Positions 30,301-42,300 of a DNA stretch of 64,000 bases are shown here, in pieces. The stretch comes from Mizuhopecten yessoensis. Lineage: Eukaryota. The stretch spans positions 90,136 to 154,135 of the forward strand of contig NW_018404981.1 of assembly GCF_002113885.1 (NCBI RefSeq), written 5' to 3'. The notes beneath the pieces are model-generated. The model worked only from the letters and a program-made list of their open reading frames with translations. It had not been told where the DNA came from and made no database searches. Both the position numbers and the translations under genes were made by a program. The number at the start of each line of letters is the position of its first letter. Within the stretch, counting starts at the first letter, position 1.

Positions 30301-33300
30301 ATAGAAAAAAACCCGCATAAAATCATTTGAATTTTAAAAGTTTAAATATTTCAGGTTTGGCATATCTAAAGAGCGTTTAGTCAACGCTTTGTCGGTAAGC
30401 AGGGGTCTGAACTCGTGCTGAACGTTTAAACGTGGTTTAAATGTCGTTTTTTGTGAATATTACTCGCCCACATCATTCAAAGTTATGTTAATTCCGGTAC
30501 AGGATCGGTTATTATCATCAACACAAGAATCAAAATATCGATATTCATTTCATAATACAATTTCAATAAGAATTATAATTTTAAATTTCTGTATGCAAGT
30601 AGATATGAAATATAGATCACTTGGAAGTATTTGATATCGATTATAATACGGATCAGGGATACATGAACGCCGTCAAACATAATACTACATAAAGAGATAT
30701 AAAAACAGCATTAATTACATTAAATATTCACATGATTGACTTTAAGAGAATACTTGAATACGGTATTCGGATATCAATATATGATTGAACCTGTATTGAC
30801 AAGAAATATCTTTGGAAACATGCACATGTAGTTTTCATGTAGCGTTTTCAGTGTGATCGTTCAACGGGAGGTAACTCGTAAGTAATATAATTTTCGATAG
30901 TTTTTTTACACAGGATTATATTTTTGTATGTAAATATGTGAAAAATATGAAATCGTTATCCCTACCCTGTTTTTTCATGTTAAGCCTGTTCATTATGTCT
31001 CCATCTTAAATATCTAGTGAAATGCCGTGTAAATAATTGAAACTGTTGATATATTGTTATGAAAGATGTCAGGCATATGATAAGGTTAGACGAGCTGTTA
31101 CGATGTATGTACCGGTACTAACATTCGAAGACTGCGCCCGTCGCCGGGCCGAGATGTGCTCACCAAATGGTACGCGCTAACTTCAGTATAGGGACGCTAC
31201 AATCTTATGTTCATATCTAAAACCAACGATTGTTTTGAAGATATTGTATCATCAACGCAACGCAACTATCAGTCGGAACTGTGATGAGAGAAATGAAAGA
31301 AATTCCAAAAACTCCATTTGTATCTTAAACGCCACTACTGAAAAATTTGCTACCTACCATAAGCACGATTGTTTTCGTCGTGGATAAATTTCAGCTGCTC
31401 TTTCACTTCCATTATATCATGTCGGGCATCGGAGTTTATACTGGTAAAACTTTCGCTGACCTGAAATGTGTTTAAATTAGTTTAAACATATTTTTTTATG
31501 AAAATTAAAGATCAAAACCTACAGATAAATCTACAATCGGTTGAATCATTCTGATTTTGTTTTTAAATGATAATTTAATATTTAATAGTCTTTTCTAGTT
31601 TGTATACGGAACCTATATTCAGAAAACCTTTTACATAAAAGTGGAATTAAAATTCTGTTACATACCTTTTTAACTTTCTTTTGCATAATTTGAAGGATAT
31701 TGGACATTGTGTGTTTGAGGTTGTGCACAGCCACGTTAAGTTTTGGCCGCATTCTCTGTTCCTGTAGAGACAAAAAAAGACAGTATAAATGTAGGCCAGA
31801 ACTAGTGTTTATCAACAAAGTAATATAATCGTCATCGCTTATCTTCATCGTCGTCATCGTCATCCTAGTCGTCTTCATCGGCACGGTGAACGTTATCACG
31901 TTCAGTTCACTAATGAACGAGATCTAACATGATTTCTTTCCGCAAATCATTATTTATATCTCAAATAATTGTCATCGAATAATAAAAATACTTAATTCAA
32001 CAAAGATCTATCAACAATAATTTCCCCAAAAAATAACAACAGCTGCAATGCAATGCACGTCTGTGCACATATGCACATGTATAAGCCAGACAGAGAACCA
32101 TCTTCATATGACCTTAGCTGTTTTGAGAAAATAATACCCCAAACAAACCTACACGTATCTAAGGCAGCCATATGAACAGTTGACTCTTTACAAATGCTGT
32201 TATATAAACATTAAAGATGCATTCATATTGGCATTGAGACCATGCAATTGGGGCATTTGTTTACATTCGCAAGTTTAGAAAATGGAATTTCAATTTTGCA
32301 TTGTAACATAAAAAGGCTAAATGTCACAGCACTCCGATAAGAGTGCACATAACTTAAGGTAAAGAACAATGACCGAAGGAGAATCGCCGTGTTTATCATC
32401 TGGTGCTGTTCTAAATCGGGAAGACATGTTTTTTAAAAACAGGTATACGTTTGTTAATACATCTCGCACAGCGTAATAGTCTGTCGACGATATTCGTAAC
32501 CGATGTCGTCTGCCGAAACCTGATCATCAAGCTATACACACCGATCAGTGGTATTTATGGTTATCGGGCTATAATACTGATCCTGGGTATGTCGCAAATC
32601 AGCAATATTCTGTGACAAATATGATTATTTCTCAAAAATGTGCCAGACGACTAGCTTTTTATTTAGAGACATGATAGTGATTCCAGTCGCTAATCATTTG
32701 AATCGCATACATCTGTGTTATTACTTAAATCAGAATATCTTTAGTGCAAGATGTGGTTACACGAAACTGTTCTTACCCATCTTGAGACCGCTGCGGGCGC
32801 TCTTTGTCCGTATCCATAGCGACGCCGGTATCCTTGACGATGACGATTGTATCTGTAAGGGGAATGACTTTGCATTGAATTGCTTATTGCGATATTTTCA
32901 ACCGCTACTGGACTGATTTGGAGATCCATGGCGGCGTGTTGACGGGGCATCCCATCTTTCCTTTGAAGAGCCTTTTCGTCGACAACCAAGCCATGTCCTG
33001 TCTTTGGCAGATTCCTAGATTTGCTGACATCGACATTAAGTGATGTTCGACGAGGGAATTGTTGTGGGGACGATGCTTTGTGATGTGATGAATGTTTTCT
33101 CCCCGCTTTCAATTGATGTGGTCTACGATTCGTTCCTCTATTTCTTGGAATTTGTTCCGATCTGGATTTTCCCTCAACCTCGTCACGATGACCCGGATGA
33201 ATTGCAGGCGGTCTGTGACGATCATCACGTCGATGGCTAAGTCTCATTTGTCTGTTTCTAGCATTTCGCCGTCGTGAATTCCTTGTAGATCCGCTACTAT

Positions 33301-36300
33301 GGTGGTGTCTGCTTTTGGTAGTAATATCCACATTTTCACATGCTGTAAAACAAAGACATGCATGGAAATTATTTGAAAACGTAACTTCCACGAAAAAAAC
33401 GAAATAGTATGGTGTGATGCAGGAGGTATGCTTCACAAACAAACTTCATTTTTTTTCTCTGTATTTACAAGTTCATAAAAGTGTCTACCGGCTATGAGGT
33501 CACTCTAAATGTGTGTTTTTCTAGTGTTACCACGCTGAAATGTCACAGTTCGGTCACACACTAGAAAATAACATCCTACGTGGAACGCACAGAGACACAA
33601 CTGATACAATATATCAGACGGGGGTCAGCTTTAACTGGTTTGTCAATCACAACATAGGTTTATTTTAACTTGAAATACAAGAAAATATACTGAAAGGAAA
33701 AATAAACATTTGCGGTGATTTGATGTTATTTATTTGAATGTTATATACATTATACGTATGCAAAAAAATCTTTTATGAACAAATTACCAAAATTTCAATA
33801 TATTTTAAATTATAATTCATAAGTAATTGCAATGCATTTGACAGTACCCCGAAATATCGCAAAGTGAAATCGACTGACTCGTCAGTATCTCGTTTGCCCC
33901 TCTCGCTCAGTTGTCACAGCCCTGATTCTGTTGTGCATGGGATTTTTCAGTGCATTTATCCTTCTCATGGGTATACTAGAGTAGCGGAGATATTCTGTCG
34001 CCCCTTTACCCTCCTCTCAAGTTCGTCCCACAGATAATCGCTTGGGGACAAATCTGATCTGTACAGCGGTCAGTCGAGTGGGTTCATACTATGGTTTGCG
34101 AGAAAAGTCTTGAAAAACTCTGGCTACATGGGGTCAGGCATCATCATGCTGGAAAATTAGGCGATGCAGTTGCACAAATGGAACTGCAACCGGCTGGAGG
34201 ATTTAATCCCTATATCTGACGGCGGTTAAATTCCCGGCTAGTACAATAAACGGTGACTTTACCCAGTGAGATATCTCTCCCCAGACCATAACCGAGCCAT
34301 CCCAAACCTATCCCTCTCATGAACGCAAGCGTCGGCGAAGCGTTCCCCCCACGACGTCGGTATACACGACGTCGACCGTCCGGACGAAAAAGAATGACCC
34401 GCGACTCTTCTGTGAAAAATACCCGTATCCGTTGCCTCATTGGAATTCGTCGGGGAGCGTGTGCCGCCAACTAAGCCATACAGCACGCGCGATGTGCACG
34501 AGTGAGAGGCAGATCAACGTTTTGACGACGAGCTCTCACACCAACCTCGCCCAATCGGTTCCTTACAGTTTTGGGGTGAATGTGGTGATTATGATTGCCT
34601 GCCATATTGTGTCAATTACGCAGATGGGCAAGACGAATAGCCCTGTCTTGACGTCGCGTCGTTACGCGCAGACGTCCCAATCGCGGTCGGTCGGCAACCC
34701 TTCCGGTGTCTCGCAAACGACGGACAAGACGTTCTGTGGCGGAAACATTCACACCGAACAGCAAAGGAACCTGTTTGTTGTTGCCTTTGACCTTGCATTA
34801 GCAATGCAATAGCCAGGCCCCTCTGAACTTCCGTCGTCCGTACCATGGTTGCAAGATATTCAAATTGACAGTAAATAGCGGAAAGCGATGTGTATACCTC
34901 AAGAGTATTAAATGGTATGACAAGATGTGTTGGCTAACTTGTCATCATTATTCTGCACGTATTTTGTTTTTCATTTTGTCACTTCACTATGTGGCACGGT
35001 ACCTTACACGGTTGAGTAACTTTAGACAACAGTTTGAGTGACAGGGACCAAGATGCTATAATTTTAGGCCAATCAGTTAAATAACTGTTGCATATTTTGT
35101 TACCCTCCTTTTCTTTATTCTTTCAGTATATTTGAAATAGAACATTAAAAATGCTTCTTATTTGCCAAATAAAGATATTTTAATGAATGTAATAAATGAG
35201 ATTTTACTGATAATGGCGCCACTTGTCATAATAGATCCAAGCCAATGATCCGACTCGGAAAGCAACACTTACTAACATTGTGCACCGTTAAGGTTCAACA
35301 AGCCTCCTAAATGCTGTAGTCACCTAAAATTCCAATCACCTGATAAGTCATATTGAACGACCTTAATTAAATATCGGAACTTATGTATGTAATTTGAATA
35401 TATAACTTTTACATTGGTTATGAAAAAAATGCATAGCCAGGTTAACATAGTCAAAAATAAGGCATTAAGGCTGATGTCGTCATAAAAATTGCTCGCCGGA
35501 CTTATAACATGTCAATCTCTTTTGCTAGCCCAACTGAGTGCTAAGAAATGCCACTAATTAAAGTTAATTTATATGTCTACGTCATGCGGAGCTTTATTTG
35601 ACTTCTACTAGCTGTTGAGAGGAATTTCTTCCTCAAATAAAGATAGATGTTCCCATGCATAACTACTTAAGCCATAGTAAAATACCCGCGTAATTTATTT
35701 AGCAGGTTATAAATAAGAAAACAAAGATGATATGCCATTTAATAACATTCTGTGATGCTGTGGGGTGGCTAGACATGTTATAAACAGTGAACCTTAAAAG
35801 AGTGATAATGTTTATAATATGAAGTTTAAGTTGATTTTATGGTCATATGTCTGTGGTTTCACACATATTTAAATGTACCAGTATAATATGCTACTCGGAC
35901 GTTTCACCATAAATTTTGGACATTCCCAAAGCAACTCTCATCTACTTTTGAGGCCGGTATACATCTCCACACATAGTCAAAGAGAAATTAAGCTCCGCAT
36001 GACCTAGGCATATAAATGAACCCTAATTAAAACATGTATGTCATTTCGAAGCATTCAGTGAGGTAGCTAAAGAGATTGACATGTTATAAGTCCAGTGAGC
36101 TATTTTATAAAGACATCAGCCTTAATGCTTTATTATTGACTACGTTTTCCTGGTTATGTACCTTTCAAGAACCTAATGTACAAGTTCAATACAATTGTAT
36201 TTTTAAATAACATATATATATTTTGATTTTTAATGAAGGATCTGTGAATATGACTTACCAGGGATTGAAATTTTGGGTGACTATTGCATGGTTTAGGAGG

Positions 36301-39300
36301 CTTGTTGAACCTTAACACGTGCACGGTTCGTTAGACAGTTACATATGTTAAGACACAGCCTGCAGCAAAAGTGTTGGCCATCACTACGAAATAAATGTTT
36401 GATCTTCATCCATATGATTCATTATCAAAATTGCTGCGAATACTTAATTCTAAATTAAAAGATGATATTTCTATCTTCATAAGGTCATATTTAATTTAAC
36501 TTATATACATATTTGTTAATGTGTGATTTTAAAACACCTAAATCATGTCTTATGAGTTTATTAGACAATACGGATTTCAGAAAGTCGTAACGTTTTACAT
36601 AGAGTTTTAGAGCCAGACATCCGTTAATGTTGTATTTCAGGTAAATTTAATACAGGTAACTATCATAAATGTGTTACTTGGTACTATATGTTTACGTCAT
36701 GCGGTGTCGAACCTTTCATGATGGTATTGTGAAATACCCATTTAGCCTATAATCTCAATGGTAAAATGTCAAAAAACTGGGACATATTCCCCCTTACTTA
36801 AGTTCAATCTTAAAGTAAGAGTATCGAATAACCAGACCGATTCAGGTATCCAACACGGATTTATATACAAACAAAACATTTAAAGAACCCGTTCCTCTTA
36901 GATGAATGACTAGCCTGTAAAATATGAATGAATGGAATTTTACCCAACTTATTGAACTATGCAGACAGTTCAGCTGGGTATATATTGCAGATACAACGTT
37001 TTTCTTTGAGTATGTGGCATTTGTTATAATAATTCGTTAATTTTAATCGTACCCTTCCTATATTCTTAAGCAAACCTTTTTACGTATTTCGTTCATCACA
37101 TATTCAATATGACAAGGGAAGATTTGAAATATATCAGACCACTCATGAAAACGCCCACGCAGCCTTTTACTATATCAAATACTACATAGGAATTCTATAG
37201 ACACGACTGAACCTGCTTATAAACATATTCAACATAGATAAGTTAAAACATGAACCGTTTACAAAACTGGTAACGAAATAAAAATGTTATTCATGGCGCC
37301 GCGATGGGTTTGTTTGCGATTTATTAGCATTACAATAACACTAACCCTGAACTAAGATAGCGCCATTGACGGGATACGCTGTTATTTGGTGTGAGGTGAT
37401 TTCAGAGGTGTGTTATTTTTCAGCCAATCAGATTCGTGTATGTGATATGTCCTGATCGAGTTTGGTGAGGTGATAGTGACCTAGATACGCGTGTTTAGTG
37501 CAGTGTGTCTTATATGCACCATAAATAGTATAAACATGTTTAGATATCAGTTGCAGGGACTTGTCATAGCTCAGCGACACAGAAGTCATGGTTGAATGGT
37601 TTATGATTTTGTAGATTATCAAAATCGAAACCCAAACACATATGTATTTGGATCCAAAGAATAACCATCAGTTAAAAACTATGAAATGATTCATTTTTAG
37701 ATCTGAATTAAAAAAAAAAAAGCGTCATTAGGAAATGTTACTGTTTTTGTCATTAAGCTAACAATTCAGCTTGGTGTGCCTTTACCTTAACGTCCTTGAA
37801 GTAGATGGTACAAGGTATCGGGACCAAGGTGTATAAAGATTTGTCAACTTAACATGTAAGCTTAAGTCTGAACATATTGATGTTGTTGTTTTTTGGAGGG
37901 TTTTTTATTCATTTTAAATCCAATGATGTATATATTTCGATTTGATTTATCCTCATTAAGAAACGAATTTATATCTAATTTTACGTTAAATATTTGAGTT
38001 AGCTAACAAACCTTAAGTCTGACACTGCTTATATACAAAGTATTGCCTGTTTCATGTAAGTGTATCTAAGTAGATTATACAATATCTATAGTTCAAAATT
38101 CATTATCGATTCTCCGAAATAGGTATAATTATCATGTATTTCGTCTCCGTCAAGGAACAGTTTTTATTTTCTGAGATAACTTTGAGAATATCTTATTTCA
38201 AAACTCCTACAATCTGTAGTACGTTTCACTAAGCTAGACAAAACGGCTAAGGAATAACACAATAAACCCGAAGCAAGAAAACGCATATTTAAAAAAAATA
38301 GCATTTCGATACCTTAAACCAAAGTAAGCACTTATTGCACTATCTGGCTATTTCGTCCATTTGGACTCACTATAGGTTACGGAAACCTCGGAGAATGACA
38401 ATTCCCCAGCAGAGACATCCATCTTGTATCACTAGAATACGAAGTAATCAAACGCTAATTAAAACAAAAATGAAGTCGATGAAGAAAAGCAAACAAACCT
38501 AATAGGAAGATACAAACAAATCTAAAGAATATGTCATATTAACAAAACCCCTTTATCTGCCAATTAATAAATCTACGCCGTGCTTTTCAAAGCAAAGAAA
38601 CATCCGCGAGTTTGCACATGTTGGGACAAATTATGCATAGCTAGCGATAATTTACATACCCCATAAAAAAGATGTCATTTTAAAAACGTATTACTCAGGA
38701 TAAGTGTGTACCGCTTTGATGAACAACTTTATGTTTATATATAGCAGAGGATTAATTAAGATATTGGATGTTTGCCAATAGATGTACTGTCGTGCAATGT
38801 GCAATTTCCTTATATTGTCATTATTCAGAACGCAGGAAAACTGTGGATGTGCTGGTGGAACCGAAGACACCAATACCCTGAAACGGAGACGAATCATTAG
38901 CGATCATAAAGAAGTAGTTTATTATTTTCCAGTTCCCAGACGTTGCAAAAACACACCGCAAAGAAACAATTCAAATTGCGTCACTTTTCCCTTATTTCAA
39001 TTTTTTGTGACATCAATTTAGCTAATGACGTTGAAATGATTCTGACGTCACAATAAATCGTTACCCTTCCTTAACATGAACTTTTATGCAATGCTTCAAA
39101 CACGCTTATTGTAGCTTCCTATAATCTATTTATATATCTCAGCATTGATATACACGAGATAGGATGAAATTACGTATTGTGTATTTCACCCGAGTTCAGC
39201 CGAGTGTTATATCCTACATATAAGTTGTAACATGCAAAGCGGTATATCGAGTAAAGGTCAAACTGGACTCGATGAAAACTAACTAGCTCTGCATTGAGGG

Positions 39301-42300
39301 TGAAATTTCCTAGCCAAGTGATAGAATTAACTTCTTAGCCGTCTAATGCATTCAATTTGTTTGTTTTTGTCTCGTTGGTTTTTGCGTGCAGGTGGCACAT
39401 TAGTCGCCTCATACGACTCCTCGACTGTTTCGTGTTGGATACAGCGATTCTTTCCTGATGTCCGCGAACTTGTTCGACTGTACTGTTGAAACATTTTAAA
39501 AAAACCAGTCAGACCGACAAAACAAAATCACAAAAACAAAACAATCTGTCACAGAGTGTGGCGTAGATATTGTAGAACCCGTGTATAAAGGTTACACCTA
39601 CAGTAATGTCAGCATGTTTAACAGCGTGTCACGTGCATAAAAACACCTACATCGCTTGCTGTATTGGTGTCATACAGTACTAGCCCCATGTATGTCTGTA
39701 TTGTAGCATTGTCTAAATGTCGCAGTGTTAGTCCATTGTTTCAAGTAACAGAAAAAAAAGGGAAATTATGTGTATGTATGTTGGTGTCGTTGGCGCCGTG
39801 CTATGTATAACCGGTATATAGTTAGATCTAGTTTGGAGGTCGCGTTCCCACGGATCCTAGTCGTACCGCTTATATCACACGTATACCTACTACATACATA
39901 CACAACAACCCATACACAATGTATTGATCGTTTTTAGGATGAATAATACTGAAGGCTTTCTAAATTCTTATCTCATTTTATATCGCATTAAAACGCGTCC
40001 ACAATAACTCCTTCGGCATGTCTATTACGGTGTCGTTGCATTTGATCCTTCTTTTCAGCTGCAATGGAAATTTTACGGGTCCAAATGTTTTGTGGTTTTC
40101 ATAAAAAGTGAACACTGTACACCGGGAATCTTTCGCCCAGCCAAATATTTAAGCAATGAATGTTTTAGCAAATGCTGTTATGGTCCTATAACACACATCA
40201 TATGAAATATAAATGCGTCGAAAATGTCCAGGTACATAGCATGTATTGTTACAAAAGGCGCCTCTAATGAGTTTTTTGTTGTTCATGTTTAAACATAAGG
40301 CAATAACCATTGGTTATCTTAAATTGTGCAATCACACTAAAATGTCCAAACATTGACAAGGAAGTAAAACAATTTTCCAGACAACCTTATGACAACAGAC
40401 TCAAAAGAGGGTCATTTAGGATCACAATTACTATAATGGGGATGGTTGTCAATTTCTAGATTTTAGTCCTTTCGGTGATTTCCCAAAAATAGAAAACGCA
40501 GAAAGGGGATGGATGGTTTTATTAATCTTATTCATGGGCGGTTTTATTCACAATATAGCTTCAGAAATCCTGAAATACAAAGCTATAGTAAACATTGCTA
40601 AATATTGAACAAAAAGGTGCGAATATGTATGAAACTTGTGCTACTCTTCAAATTATGTCATAACTGCAACTGAGCATAATTATTTTAACATATGTTTTTG
40701 AGTTGATGGATATATTTCCATTGTCATTCTTTCACAAGATACTGTTAAAACAAACATGACACATTTCATTTGGAGATAAATTAAACATCCTATATAAACA
40801 GCTGATAAATCCGATTTCTGTCAATGTACCACAGTGTCAGCACAGACGGAAATCTAAAAATTGTAGACATCATAACAAAACAAAAGACATCAAAAACTTC
40901 CACCAAATACGGGGGCCACAGAAGGGGAGGTGTATGTGGAACCCGTTCTATGTTAAAACAGTTAACATGTCACCATTGATTCGGTTCTCGTGAAATCCTT
41001 GTCTTCTTTGGAAGGATGTGTTCTCTATCGACTTATCCAGGGTATCTCCTTTACCGGGCATGCCTATTTATGATTTGTAACTATAAGTATATATATTCTC
41101 AATGTGTTTTCCTTCATTTGACAGGGGACAACATGACATGAACCACATGTGGTGTAAGGAATGTTTAGCCCTTCGGAACACAAGGTATTGCCAGATATTT
41201 TTTATCAGATGCTTGTGAAGGTTGTTTGGTTGTGTGGTGGTGATGGTGGAAGCAGTGTAGGTGGAGAGCGGGTTGTGTTTCCGTTGAATTGATATTTATT
41301 TCAATTTGCATTGTGTCTGTCAGTTTGACATTCGATTTCTAACGTTGTCCTTGTGTATAAACGATTTAACCTAATATGTTAACGATGTGTTTGTGTGTCC
41401 TATTATTGTTAACGATATGTTCATTTGTGTAAATTATGTGTTAATCTGTGTTAACGATGTGTTAATTTGTGTAAATGATGTGTTCATCTGTGTAAATGAT
41501 GTGTTAATCTGTGTTAACGATATGTTTGTGTGTTAACGATATGTTTATTTGTGTTAACGATATGTTTATGTGTGTTAACGATATGTTTATTTGTGTTAAT
41601 GTGTGTTCACGATNTATGTGCTTATTTGTGTTTACGATATGTTTATTTGTGTTAATGTGTGTTAATGTGTGTTCACGATATGTTTATTTGTGTTAAGGTG
41701 TGTTAATGTGTGTTCATGATGTGTTTATTTGTGCTTATGGTTCTGATTCACCACCTCTACCCTACACTATCCATGGATAAAAAAAACCATTACATTTTGT
41801 CATGTGATTACTAGACGCACAAGTCAAAAAGTTACAATCGATACAATGTAAATACTTTGTAGACATATACATTTCTGGCTGATCGAGTATAACGGTATAC
41901 ATATACACTAGCTCGGTTTTAAGTGACATAGTACCCACGAGATAATACCCTAATGTAAACATGCCCTGTTGGGGTCAGTAGGCTCCGCGACACACAAAAG
42001 ACCAATGATTTTACGTTAATCTACGTGCATTACACATACGACTTATCGGGCACGATAAAACTTAGTATATGTTTAGTGAATTTATCAAACCATATCAGTT
42101 ACAATATGATTAAAAATTCCTGTCTGTATACCGTATTAGTGGCCCATCTTTTATATTCTTGGTAATTCCCCACTAGGCAAGACTGTAAAAGTCACTGATT
42201 TATATTTTAAGTGCTTTGCCTTTGATTTGAAATTTGAAATTTAATCTACCATGATCGTTTTTAATCACTTAATTAAAATAAGAATTCTAGAAACATTATA

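Noticed and set aside
38691-39500. Short minus-strand ORFs with AG acceptors in intron 1
   Set aside because: No in-phase donor linking them to the gene and no recognisable product.
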